The notes under the pieces are model-generated. The model made no database searches. It was not told the origin of the DNA and saw nothing but the letters and a program-made list of their open reading frames with translations. Of a DNA stretch of 64,000 nt, positions 9,742-19,796 are shown one piece after another. Each line of letters begins with the position of its first letter. Within the stretch, counting starts at the first letter, position 1. A program made the translations under genes and the position numbers. This DNA comes from a virus, in IMG/VR virus record IMGVR_UViG_3300036760_000689, positions 46,117-110,116 of that record; one strand, written 5' to 3'.

Positions 9742-10921
9742 ATTCTTTCATAAAACCCGTTATGACGAACCGGTCAAGAACGGCGTTATAGATCGCTCCC
9801 AGCATATCCGTTTTCCCAGGTCCAGTACTCAGGGTGATGTCGGGCATGTTTTGTGGAACGCTGAATTTGGTATCCAAAGTTAGCGTCCGATTTCCTGTAG
9901 CATCCTGGGTAAACTCCCAAATGATACGCTGACCATCTACTCCATTGGTTGGATTCCCAAGAATGCGGTTGGCCCCCAATGTTACTCTGAAATGATTTCC
10001 TGCGGATCCATCGGTGGCCAATGGAGAAGCATCACTCATGGCAACGACCGTAGGAAGAATTGAACCTGTCGTGGCCTTTACTTGTCCCTGGACCTCCAGG
10101 GTATAAGTTGGCGCTCCCGTCGTTGCGATACCGATCTTGTTTGAGGACTCTTTGATAACTGAATCGCCGATCGTGCCGGCGGCAGTGAACTTTGGTATGT
10201 TACCTGCTGTGCCGCTGCCACCAACCTTACCGTTGAATGTTGACCAATCGCCAGATGACAGGTAACCGCTTTGACCGGCACCACCCTGTTTAACCTGAAT
10301 GCTTGTGCCGCCCCCGACCACCGCGCCAGTGCCCCCTGAGACGGTCAGAACAGAGGACGTGGCCTCAGTCAGGTTGCCAAAACCGAGGGCATTCTGCTTG
10401 CCATTGAATGTGGCCCAATCAGTGGAAGACAGGTATCCATCCACTGCGGCAGTGGCCTTGGTGATCGAGAGTGTCAGATCACTGCCGAGGTTTCCTCCAC
10501 CTGACAATGGCGAATTGCTGGAGACTTGTCTGATAGCGGGAACAAAACCAGTATGTAATGCTTGGGCATAGTCCAAATGCGACAACAACGCATGATCGGT
10601 TACCCCGCCACCTCCATTGGTTGGGATAGGCAATGGCGTTTTTCCTTTTGATTTTAGGAGATCAAGATAGATGTTTCCCGCCTCAACTGAGGACAGATAA
10701 CTTTTTGTAACATAATCCGTCGCAGTCAAGTTTTTTTGCAACGGCCCCCCAGTGATCGCATGCGCGGTCATCTGGATCGGACTGTAGAACTTTACCGGAC
10801 CTTCCTCACCATGGATGTTTTTAATGATGTTGAAGATCTGTCTGAGGACGAAATTCAACTTTTCCCATTGCTGGGCCTCGGGTGATTTCCGATTGTAATC
10901 GACCTGATAAAACTCTGACAT
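9734..10921 (-). CDS. Tail fibre / shaft protein
   Basis: GYLSSTDWATFNGK repeats, PLSGGGNLGSDLTL, KIGIAT motifs. Confidence 0.75.
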   Translation of the reverse strand: MSEFYQVDYNRKSPEAQQWEKLNFVLRQIFNIIKNIHGEEGPVKFYSPIQMTAHAITGGPLQKNLTATDYVTKSYLSSVEAGNIYLDLLKSKGKTPLPIPTNGGGGVTDHALLSHLDYAQALHTGFVPAIRQVSSNSPLSGGGNLGSDLTLSITKATAAVDGYLSSTDWATFNGKQNALGFGNLTEATSSVLTVSGGTGAVVGGGTSIQVKQGGAGQSGYLSSGDWSTFNGKVGGSGTAGNIPKFTAAGTIGDSVIKESSNKIGIATTGAPTYTLEVQGQVKATTGSILPTVVAMSDASPLATDGSAGNHFRVTLGANRILGNPTNGVDGQRIIWEFTQDATGNRTLTLDTKFSVPQNMPDITLSTGPGKTDMLGAIYNAVLDRFVITGFMKEYA

Positions 10922-10929
10922 TTCGTCTC

Positions 10930-13900
10930 TCAGTATGTCTGCGGTGGTGCCATCTTCTCCCTGCGATAACCATCTTCCATATTCAGATCTTTCAACTCAA
11001 TCTCGCTCTTATCCCAGAAAATGCCGAAGGCGCTAGTGGAACTGAAGATGAGGCGGAACAGTTTGCCTTTTTTCGCGCTGGTCAGATCAATTTTTCTCTT
11101 CGAGAAGGATGGATCTGGACTGGGATTGGCTAGGATATTACCAGAATGCCTCAAAATGTTGTCGATCCAGATCTCGAAATTCACATCAGCGTTGGGATTG
11201 GTCATCGACAACCATAGTCGTCTAAGAATCTTGTAGCGATCATAATTGAAGATCTGAGTCCAAGTATCAGCCAATGTCACATCTGGTGGAAGTTTATCAA
11301 TCACATAGTTGACGGAATAATTCCTCATAATTTTTGCGCTGAAGGTAACCCTGGCGAGTTTCCCGATGGTATCTTTGGCCAAACTGAAAGTGGACAGCAA
11401 ACGGCCAGCATGCGAGAAAGTAAATGTTTGGGCCGTCACAACACCATCAAGCCAGAAGGTCAAAGTAGCTGGCTGACCACCTGTATCGGCTTGGACGACG
11501 ACCTCTTTCCAGAGTTTTTTGTAGGGCCACTCTTCAATCACCCATGGCATCTCGATGATCGTTTCCTCGATGCTATCCTCAAAATATTTGAACTCGTGTT
11601 CGTAAATTGTGAACGGAAAGCCTGAGGTAGCGGTAATCCGCATGATTTTCCCGATCGTGTCGATCGGCAAGGAGAACACCACGCGCGAACGAGCGGACGT
11701 GGCCAGGGTAAAAGTATCTGGTAGACTATAACCATCAACCCAGACTGTTATGGTGACGTTATGTCCCCCGGTGTCGCCTTCCAGGATCACATCCCTCAGA
11801 CGTTTTTGGTTCGAAATGCCTTGATCTGTCCATGGAGATTCATGCCGATATTCCTGAAAAGGTTCTGGAATGGCTTCCACCCATGCTTTCCAAAACCGCA
11901 TCTGAGATCCAGTCTCTGATCTCAAGATGACCCGCCAGAGGATACCAACCGTATCTGGTTCAAAACTGAAGGAATATTGGTCGCGCCCCAGATCCGAAAT
12001 ATATGTGGGAATCGTCGTGACTGAACGGTTATCCACCTGAGTGTCAATTATGATCCCACCTGGGCCGAGGTTGTTTACCTCCACAAGAAGTTTTCGGAAT
12101 CGTTTTCTTTGGTTGGGCGCGCCCTCGTTGCTCCACGGAGTTTCGATGACCGTATTCTCAATCGAATCATCAAAATGGGCGAAGTCACTTCCATAGATCG
12201 TAAATCTCTGATTGGCTACTGCCGTAATTCTTGTGATTTTGCCAATCAGATCCACGGGCAAGGAGTAAACAACTCTTTCCCTATAAGGTGTGTTGAGGAT
12301 AAAGGTATCAGGTAGCGCAGCGCCGTCAACCCACGCCGTGACTATGACATCGTCGCCCGTCGTATCCGCCTCGATAATCAGATCTCTGAGACGTTTCTCC
12401 TGGTCGGTGCCATTATTCGCCCATGGGGATTCATACCGCCATTCGTGGAAAGGTTCTGGAATGGCTTCCACCCATGCCCTCCAGAATCTCATTTGGGATC
12501 CTGGTTCTGATCTCAAAATCACTCTCCACAGAATTCCCACGGTGTCGGGGTCAAAACTAAAGACATATTCGCTCCGGCCCAGAGCGGTGATGGTATCTGG
12601 GGTCGTCAATACCGTTGCATTATCAATCTGGGCTTCAACGGTCACCGCTCCCGGCCCGAGATTGTTGACCTCCACCATGAGTTTTCTAAAACGCTTTTTC
12701 TGGTTAGGCGCGCCCTCATCACTCCAGGGCATCTCGATGATCGTGTTTTCGATGGCGTCGGCGAAATGCGCGAACTCATGGACGTAGATCGTAAACCAAT
12801 ATCCCGATGTTGCCGTTATTCGTGTGATCTTTCCGATCAAATCCACGGGCAACGAGAAAACCACTTTCTGCCTGTCTGGGGTATTCAGAAGAAATGTGTC
12901 TGGAAGGGCGCTACCATCGACCCAGACTGTTATGGTGACGTTGTGACTCCGTGTGTCCGCCTCAATTACCAAATCTCTGAGACGCTTCTCATTGTCCGTT
13001 CCATTGTTGGTCCACGGGGATTCAAATCGTCTTTGTTCGAAAGGTTCTGGGATCGCTTCAACCCAAGCGCGCCAAAAACGCATAACGGATCCAGAATCAG
13101 AGGTAAGAATCACCCTCCAGAGGATACCTACGCTGTCAGGTTCAAAACTAAAAGTATACTCAGATCTGCCCAGTGCGGTAATTCGTGTGGGGGTCGTTGT
13201 CATCGAGGCATTGTCAATCTGAGCATTGACGGTGATGCCACCTGGACCGAGATTGTTCACTTCCACGATTAAATTTCGGAATCTCTTTTTTTGATTGGGC
13301 GCACCCTGATCGTTCCATGGCGTCTCGATAATCGTATCCTGAATCGAGTCATCGAAATGGATAATATCGTGACCATAGATGGTGAATCTGTGGTCGCCTA
13401 TCGCGGTAATCCTTGTGATTTTCCCTATAGTATCCACAGGCAGGGAAAAACACACTCGCGATCTTACCTTTGTATTTACGGTATAGGCGTCAGGCAGAGC
13501 CGCACCATCCACCCATGGAGTAACAACAACATCGTCCCCAACAGTATCCGCCTCAATTACCAGATCTCTGAGACGTTTCTCCTGGTCGGTGCCATTGTTC
13601 GCCCATGGGGATTCATACCGCCATTCCTGAAGAGGTTCGGGAAGAGCCTCTACCCAGGCACGATAGAATCTGAATGTTGACCCAGGATCATTGACCGTAA
13701 TCAACGCACGCCACAAAATTCCGACGGTATCTGGCTCGAAACTGAAGACATATTCCGTCCTGCCATGCTCGGAAACATTGATTCCCGTCGAAGTGATGCT
13801 AACCGATGCGTTGTCCACCTGGGCATCGACGGTCAAACCGCTAGGACCAACATTGTCGGCTTCCACGATCATCTTACGATAACGCTTCCTTTGATTTGGT

Positions 13901-16900
13901 GCGCCTTCATCGCTCCAGGAGGTTTGGATGTTTTCGATTTCAGGTGGTTCGGGAATGACCTTGAAATCGTGACTCCATATCTTTACGAGGGCATCACCAG
14001 AGGGGATAAACTTGAGGCGTATCAGTCTGCCACGGAGATCAGGATCCATCGCCCGGAATATCTGGTGGCGACCATTGGCGACGATATCCGTGAATGTTTG
14101 CGCTATTTGGCCATCCACCTGAACTTCGAGGGACGCCAGCGTTTTTCCGAATGTGTCCAACTCCAACCATAATTCGCGAAGGAATTTGGAACCAGGATTG
14201 CCGTAGTCACTCCAGTCTGTGACGAAAGTTCTGTGGGCTTGAGGCTCAAGTAGGATCCGATGGGCGATCTTATAAAGTCGAGTCGCTGCTATCGAGGAAG
14301 CAGATGTGGTTGCAATGATTCGGATCTGGCAACGAACAGCCAGTTTGCTTTCGCCTTCTCCGCGCAGGACTGGCAGAATGACTCGCTCGCGACCTGCCGT
14401 TTGCACCACGCCAATGGGATCATACATGGCATCATCAAATGCGGCTTCAAACAAAACAGGAACGCCTTGCGTATCAACATCGAGAACAAAATCGATGAAT
14501 CGCTTTTCCTGATCCGGGGCACCAAGGTCATAGTCCTTGGTATCCACAGCCCAGTAGATCCCCAGATAACCTTCCTGGCAGTGATCGGCATAACCCATCT
14601 CTAATTGCATTGGCCATGCGCCACTGTAACGATAATCGGTTGGATCTTCGCTTGGTTCGATCGCATCATCCGATGAGACTATCGTGCCTCCAATCAGGAT
14701 GTTGTTCTCAGGTTCGGTGAAGTAGCAGTACGCTCCATATAGATAGTAATGCCACCGTTCATAGATCGTGTCCCAGACGAGTATACGATTATTCTTGATC
14801 TCGATGTTCTGGTTGGCAGGATAGGAGAAGTAGACCTTTGAATCCCAGAAACCCATGCAACATTCTGTTTCCCTGCCGATCGATATCGGATCAATGTCAT
14901 TCAATCGTTGGCCAAAAAATACTTGATTGATCGGTTCGGAGATTTTTCGCCCAGATGGAAATTCATAAACCCCATCGTAGGCATGCATATAAAGAGATCG
15001 CAGGCCGCGAATGATCCCGAATTTGCTCTTCAGACCCTGGTTTACCGGGGTCGTAACCGCACGATAAGCGCCTCCGCTCCCAATGACCCGATAAACCCTT
15101 GTAAGAGTAAAGACGAAGAGTTCGGCGTCATTTTCCATAACGCGTTGGATCTGTTCGGAGCCGGTACCTACATAGATATAGTTCCCAGCCGGAAAATGTT
15201 CAACTCGCACGGCTTTGGAAAATCGCAAGCGATTAGGTGGCTCAGGGATCAGCAGTCCGTCGTCACTGGTATAATAACCGCCCCAGGTCCACAAACGATC
15301 ATCGTATAGCTCAATGCCCGATACCGCATTCATCGGTAGTTGATTATCTACTTCCAATGGTTGGCCAAGAAGTGCATCTGCTTGATCGTCCGTAACGACA
15401 GGAGATGTTCCTGCCACATAGGGAATCTCGATATCTACCAACTGAAATTGGGTGACCGTTCCCCCCATGCGATAAAGACGGACGAAATCTGGATTGGCCT
15501 TGGGAGGTGTGGTTGATGGTAACGTCGGAATCGTGAGTGTATAGGAATCATACTGCGCACCAGGTGCGGGAACCGCGACCGCTGGGGAATAATCACTCTC
15601 CGTATTTGTTTTGGAATTATAGAAGGTATAGGCCCACTGATAATCCCAACCGAATAATTGTCCCGTGGTCAGCAGAACACAGTTGTCAAATTCCAGATTC
15701 AGGGTCTTGCCTCCCTTGGCGACGGCGATCATAGAACAATCAATTCGGATTGCGGTTACAGTCGTCCAGTTTAGATCAGGGGCTGTGAGGGCATCCCTGC
15801 CGACCCTCTTGAATTCCTCTTGATTTATCCGTTGCCTTATCCAGACACCGGCACTGGGTGGCAAAACCGTCGGTTCTCCAGTGTTATCTCTCGGATCACC
15901 GAATGTCGGATTTTCTGGATCCCACACCAACCCATATTTGTTGGCAAGCAATCCGCGAATATAGATTGGGTCCAACGTTGGAAGATCAGAAGGATAAGCA
16001 TCTAAGAATCCGTTGTTTCTTAGATATGTCAGCAGTTCGGCCCCCTGGTCACGGTCATATAGGACCTTGCCGAAAATGATATCCAAAACGCTTTCTGGCG
16101 TCGAACCAGTATATGTGATCGTTCTGCCACCCGATCCTCCGATGGTAGCAGCTTGAAATGATGAAGGCACGAAAGCCCGTTCATAACGGGTTTGGAAGGT
16201 TATATCGCCAGCAATGTGGGACAATCCAAATGAGATTACAAATTGCGAAAGATTCAGAGACGCTTCCTCGTCAGTGAACTTAACCCACAATTCAATGGTT
16301 TTGTCTGCAGTAATGCCGAGATTGGCCACTACAGGATATCCGCCAACAGTGATGGCTTTCTTTATGCTCCCCGTAGCCCCGTCCCCAGTTGTGATCACCT
16401 TGAGGGCATTTGTGGAAATTATCTCTGTTGGCGGGGTGGAAGCGGCAACTGTGGCATTATCCAGAGTCCATGATCCTGCGGTTTCGAAATCTTCGATATT
16501 TTGGGTGACCTCGCCAGTGTTTGCGCTGACAGTCATTTCGTGCGTGGGTCTTGGAATGCCAATCCTTGTCGCCGAAGTTGCGCCGCCCGAATGTTTGATG
16601 AACGCGGTACCATCCGTCATGAAACTATATGGTTTAATTTCTCTCCCGATCAACGTATAAGATGCAAACAAAGCACGAGGATCGGGTTCCGCTGAAAGAT
16701 TGCTGCCTCCGATAACGGCCTGAAAGTGAGTGTGCTGATTGAGGGGCCAGATCAAATCGCTCTCTGGATCTTCCACGGGGGCCACGTAAAGTTTTCCGCC
16801 AGCGATGCAATATCTCCACTGGTATCCATTCATGTCCTTGAGATAGAAAATTGAATAGGGGGCTGACGGCAAACCATCATTCAATCGATCGAATCCCTTC

Positions 16901-17046
16901 CTGACTGAGATTGAATTTTCTCGGTCTGTAATGACATTGATCAGGGCCTTATAGCCAGTGATTGGCAGTTCATCTGGGACAGTCCTCAATACTATTCCGG
17001 TATTAGCGAACGTGATGGCCACACTACGAATGTCTTGTGTGCTCAT
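10930..17046 (-). CDS. Giant tail protein (nozzle / stabilisation-like N-terminal half plus tandem beta-domain repeats)
   Basis: 2038 aa; beta-propeller-like middle (NRLRFSK, ELFVFT, VYFSYP, NNRILVWD); repeated C-terminal modules. Confidence 0.75.
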   Translation of the reverse strand: MSTQDIRSVAITFANTGIVLRTVPDELPITGYKALINVITDRENSISVRKGFDRLNDGLPSAPYSIFYLKDMNGYQWRYCIAGGKLYVAPVEDPESDLIWPLNQHTHFQAVIGGSNLSAEPDPRALFASYTLIGREIKPYSFMTDGTAFIKHSGGATSATRIGIPRPTHEMTVSANTGEVTQNIEDFETAGSWTLDNATVAASTPPTEIISTNALKVITTGDGATGSIKKAITVGGYPVVANLGITADKTIELWVKFTDEEASLNLSQFVISFGLSHIAGDITFQTRYERAFVPSSFQAATIGGSGGRTITYTGSTPESVLDIIFGKVLYDRDQGAELLTYLRNNGFLDAYPSDLPTLDPIYIRGLLANKYGLVWDPENPTFGDPRDNTGEPTVLPPSAGVWIRQRINQEEFKRVGRDALTAPDLNWTTVTAIRIDCSMIAVAKGGKTLNLEFDNCVLLTTGQLFGWDYQWAYTFYNSKTNTESDYSPAVAVPAPGAQYDSYTLTIPTLPSTTPPKANPDFVRLYRMGGTVTQFQLVDIEIPYVAGTSPVVTDDQADALLGQPLEVDNQLPMNAVSGIELYDDRLWTWGGYYTSDDGLLIPEPPNRLRFSKAVRVEHFPAGNYIYVGTGSEQIQRVMENDAELFVFTLTRVYRVIGSGGAYRAVTTPVNQGLKSKFGIIRGLRSLYMHAYDGVYEFPSGRKISEPINQVFFGQRLNDIDPISIGRETECCMGFWDSKVYFSYPANQNIEIKNNRILVWDTIYERWHYYLYGAYCYFTEPENNILIGGTIVSSDDAIEPSEDPTDYRYSGAWPMQLEMGYADHCQEGYLGIYWAVDTKDYDLGAPDQEKRFIDFVLDVDTQGVPVLFEAAFDDAMYDPIGVVQTAGRERVILPVLRGEGESKLAVRCQIRIIATTSASSIAATRLYKIAHRILLEPQAHRTFVTDWSDYGNPGSKFLRELWLELDTFGKTLASLEVQVDGQIAQTFTDIVANGRHQIFRAMDPDLRGRLIRLKFIPSGDALVKIWSHDFKVIPEPPEIENIQTSWSDEGAPNQRKRYRKMIVEADNVGPSGLTVDAQVDNASVSITSTGINVSEHGRTEYVFSFEPDTVGILWRALITVNDPGSTFRFYRAWVEALPEPLQEWRYESPWANNGTDQEKRLRDLVIEADTVGDDVVVTPWVDGAALPDAYTVNTKVRSRVCFSLPVDTIGKITRITAIGDHRFTIYGHDIIHFDDSIQDTIIETPWNDQGAPNQKKRFRNLIVEVNNLGPGGITVNAQIDNASMTTTPTRITALGRSEYTFSFEPDSVGILWRVILTSDSGSVMRFWRAWVEAIPEPFEQRRFESPWTNNGTDNEKRLRDLVIEADTRSHNVTITVWVDGSALPDTFLLNTPDRQKVVFSLPVDLIGKITRITATSGYWFTIYVHEFAHFADAIENTIIEMPWSDEGAPNQKKRFRKLMVEVNNLGPGAVTVEAQIDNATVLTTPDTITALGRSEYVFSFDPDTVGILWRVILRSEPGSQMRFWRAWVEAIPEPFHEWRYESPWANNGTDQEKRLRDLIIEADTTGDDVIVTAWVDGAALPDTFILNTPYRERVVYSLPVDLIGKITRITAVANQRFTIYGSDFAHFDDSIENTVIETPWSNEGAPNQRKRFRKLLVEVNNLGPGGIIIDTQVDNRSVTTIPTYISDLGRDQYSFSFEPDTVGILWRVILRSETGSQMRFWKAWVEAIPEPFQEYRHESPWTDQGISNQKRLRDVILEGDTGGHNVTITVWVDGYSLPDTFTLATSARSRVVFSLPIDTIGKIMRITATSGFPFTIYEHEFKYFEDSIEETIIEMPWVIEEWPYKKLWKEVVVQADTGGQPATLTFWLDGVVTAQTFTFSHAGRLLSTFSLAKDTIGKLARVTFSAKIMRNYSVNYVIDKLPPDVTLADTWTQIFNYDRYKILRRLWLSMTNPNADVNFEIWIDNILRHSGNILANPSPDPSFSKRKIDLTSAKKGKLFRLIFSSTSAFGIFWDKSEIELKDLNMEDGYRREKMAPPQTY
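11560..13935 (-). repeat. Four tandem 591-bp (197-aa) coding repeats
   Basis: Anchor atc(t/c)ct(g/c)agacg at 11791, 12382, 12973 and 13564, spaced exactly 591 bp apart. Confidence 0.9.
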
Positions 17047-17624
17047 ATGTTAGTCTCTTTGGGCCGCCGCCATCGTTCGGCGATCATCTGGCGACAGTGT
17101 TCAATGTTTTCCGGCCTTTTGGATCGTATTGACTGTTCTCGCTTCCAGTCCTCGGTGTGTTTTGGATGTGATTTCCCAAGATTGGACATCCGTATCTCTT
17201 CGATTACTTTCGATGAATGCTTATATCCTTTCCTCATTCTCGCTGCTTTCGATGCGATGCTACTTCTCAGATCTGGAGACATACGACATTTTGCCGCTCG
17301 TAATTTGGCGCGATGATCATCGCTGAATCGATGTCCAGTCGTCCCCTCGCCTCCGTTGGTTGCGTTTACGAGATTGACCCCAGATTGTCTGAAGCCCAGG
17401 ATCCATGCCTGTTCGGAATCGATGCGGCACCTATCGGCAATGACATCAAGAATTTCAATGAGCGGTTTCAGACCCCGCCGATACACCGATTGGATCCAGT
17501 TACACCGATGATTGTCTCTCTTGTCATTCCGATGTTCCCTCAGACGTTTGGCAACCGATCCGGTCACACCGACATAGCGCGCCTCTCTTGTAATAGGATC
17601 ACGAAGAAGATAGACCGTTTGCAT
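17043..17624 (-). CDS. GIY-YIG homing endonuclease with NUMOD3-like repeats
   Basis: VYLL...RYVGVT...RLREH; LVNATNGGEG; HSSKVIEEIRMSNLGK. Confidence 0.85.
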   Translation of the reverse strand: MQTVYLLRDPITREARYVGVTGSVAKRLREHRNDKRDNHRCNWIQSVYRRGLKPLIEILDVIADRCRIDSEQAWILGFRQSGVNLVNATNGGEGTTGHRFSDDHRAKLRAAKCRMSPDLRSSIASKAARMRKGYKHSSKVIEEIRMSNLGKSHPKHTEDWKREQSIRSKRPENIEHCRQMIAERWRRPKETNI

Positions 17625-17625
17625 T

Positions 17626-18402
17626 TTATCTTCCAGGCACCACGTTAGTTTCTGTCCCCATTGTCAGTCGTTTGGCCAAGGAAACTCCCATCAAATATCT
17701 CTGGTGGGCATAATTACTCCGCGCGACATCTTGGTTGTCCCCATCCTTGCCCAAAGCCAGAGAAAGCACCTCCCATCGAATAAATGGTTCCCAGACAACA
17801 TCCACCGATGTCGTCGTCTCATGTGATTCCGAAACAAAGAATGGCAATGGCGCAACCCTGTCGGTATCGCCATAACGCATAGGATCAATCGGAAATATGC
17901 GCGCGGGATTCGGCAAAGGAAGCGACCGACCTGCGGTTACCACAGTAATCACGGTCGTTGAGGTATGGGGCGGCGGCAAGAGATCACCGATGATCCGATA
18001 ACTTCCACCCTGGAGAGGAACCCGATCAAATTCAAACTGCAAAACTGATGTAAGATGGTCCTCGTGATAGTAACGCGCCTTGCCGTTTGGATTTGCACGC
18101 CATTTCGGATCCTCGCGTTGCAAATCCCATGAAGTTACGCGACGCAGACGTTTTTTATTAAAGGAGATGCGATCAATATCCATCATGTTCGAGGGTTTGG
18201 TGAAGATAAGTTGAACACCTGATATCACTGCGACCGTTGCATCCACTTTGACGATTCCAGTCTGGCGATAGAAATCTCTTTCCGCATGTTCGATATATCC
18301 TATCATCTCATCGACGGTCCACAGGCCAGAGGGAAATGTATTATCTTCCTCATGAAGATCCCGTGCGATTGCCGTCAGGAAGTTATCAATCGAATTCGTC
18401 AT
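17626..18402 (-). CDS. Head-tail adaptor-like protein
   Basis: WTVDEMIGYIEHAERD resembles WTRPELLVFLNDALFE of the adjacent gene. Confidence 0.6.
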   Translation of the reverse strand: MTNSIDNFLTAIARDLHEEDNTFPSGLWTVDEMIGYIEHAERDFYRQTGIVKVDATVAVISGVQLIFTKPSNMMDIDRISFNKKRLRRVTSWDLQREDPKWRANPNGKARYYHEDHLTSVLQFEFDRVPLQGGSYRIIGDLLPPPHTSTTVITVVTAGRSLPLPNPARIFPIDPMRYGDTDRVAPLPFFVSESHETTTSVDVVWEPFIRWEVLSLALGKDGDNQDVARSNYAHQRYLMGVSLAKRLTMGTETNVVPGR

Positions 18403-19094
18403 TACATTCCCTTCGCAACTTTGGGTTGTGGCGCGCCTTCCCTCAAAGAGGTCTCAGACAACTTGCCCTCTCTAATATCCCAAGAGGGCAGACTTCTGAT
18501 TACGTTCCTGCCAGACAACTCTTGTACGGCATCGATGAAACGAGAATAATAAACAAGCGCCTGCTGAAATTCAGCGCCGCCCTCTTTAAACATCCCCCTG
18601 CAAACAATGAAATCTTCAATTGCCCTCTCATATTCCGGACGAATGGGCAGATTCAGATCCACATCCTCAATCGGGTCATGGAATGCTAAGATCTCCACAT
18701 AGATGATTGTGCCGATCAACGGACGTGGATAAATCAGGATCTTCGTCAAACCTATCGGTGCCCAGGAATTGATGCGGAGACGCACTGCCTTGTCAGATTC
18801 CCAGTCAGCCTCGTTGTCAATGTCATTTACCTGCTGGCGTAGGAGATATCCATCTACTGTTCTGACGGACAATGCAGCGATCGTTCCGGGGGGAAGATCG
18901 TAGACGTTATGGGCGCTGTCGGCGGTGATTGTGATGGTGCCTTGGTTGTCGGCGGCGATCAGATTCAGTTCGAAGAGGGCATCATTCAGAAAGACGAGCA
19001 ACTCTGGACGGGTCCATCGGATTGGGGCCGCTGTGTTGTTCATTTCGTTCAGGCGTCTGATTGCCTGATCTATAAGTTCGCGTGCAGTTGCCAT
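18402..19094 (-). CDS. Head-tail adaptor protein
   Basis: TARELIDQAIRRL...RWTRPELLVFLNDA...YDLP...YERAIEDF, typical of podovirus adaptors. Confidence 0.7.
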   Translation of the reverse strand: MATARELIDQAIRRLNEMNNTAAPIRWTRPELLVFLNDALFELNLIAADNQGTITITADSAHNVYDLPPGTIAALSVRTVDGYLLRQQVNDIDNEADWESDKAVRLRINSWAPIGLTKILIYPRPLIGTIIYVEILAFHDPIEDVDLNLPIRPEYERAIEDFIVCRGMFKEGGAEFQQALVYYSRFIDAVQELSGRNVIRSLPSWDIREGKLSETSLREGAPQPKVAKGM

Positions 19095-19126
19095 CTTCGC
19101 CCCTCAACCAGATTGCCATAGCTTTC

Positions 19127-19480
19127 TCATGTTGACTGGGTCACATCTGGCAGAACCACCAAGTTCCCTGAGGCCACCGTGTAAATCATGTCATCCGCGT
19201 CCTTCAGTTGCACGTCCCAAAGCAACAGAGTTTTGACCGCTGGCAGACCATGAGTGTCGGATGGAATCAAAGCCAGAGCTGCCCTTCCGCCGAGGGCGTT
19301 GGTCACAGTGATACCATCGCCGATCGTTTTCTGAAACACGGCTGCCAAGTCTGAATCCTTGTAGGCATATTTCCCCGTGAACCAGATTTCACACCCAGTC
19401 AAGGGGAAGGCTACCGCCGATTTGGTAACCAGCATGTTGAATACCACTGTGTCACCACGATACATCTGCAAGTCCGCCAC
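19127..19480 (-). CDS. BppU-N-like small virion protein
   Basis: YRGDT...LTGCEIWFT...WDVQL...VASGNLVVLPDVT. Confidence 0.65.
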   Translation of the reverse strand: MADLQMYRGDTVVFNMLVTKSAVAFPLTGCEIWFTGKYAYKDSDLAAVFQKTIGDGITVTNALGGRAALALIPSDTHGLPAVKTLLLWDVQLKDADDMIYTVASGNLVVLPDVTQST

Positions 19481-19493
19481 AACCTACCCCCTT

Positions 19494-19796
19494 CTATATC
19501 GCCTCACAAGTTATCCTCGCAATCGGTCCCGGATCCAATGTGAGAAGAGCCACTGGAGGACAGATGTTGCCGCCACTCCCCCCAACTATGATCACGCAAG
19601 GTTCATCTGGATTCGTCGCATTGATCATGCTCTGTAATATCTGTTTGATCGTGAAAAGAGATTCGATAACAACGCTCTGAACGGCTCCAATCTGAAACGG
19701 CAACGGGGCAATCCTATCGGTATCCCCATACTCCAACGGTTCCATCGGGAATATGCGATCTGGATTAGGGATTGGAAGAGTTCGCCCTCGTGCCAT
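19494..19796 (-). CDS. Small virion protein sharing a 31-aa motif with adaptor 17626-18402
   Basis: GRTLPIPNPDRIFPMEPLEYGDTDRIAPLPF. Confidence 0.6.
   Translation of the reverse strand: MARGRTLPIPNPDRIFPMEPLEYGDTDRIAPLPFQIGAVQSVVIESLFTIKQILQSMINATNPDEPCVIIVGGSGGNICPPVALLTLDPGPIARITCEAI

Noticed and set aside
11560-13935. CRISPR array or non-coding repeats
   Set aside because: The repeats are 591-bp in-frame coding units without spacers.
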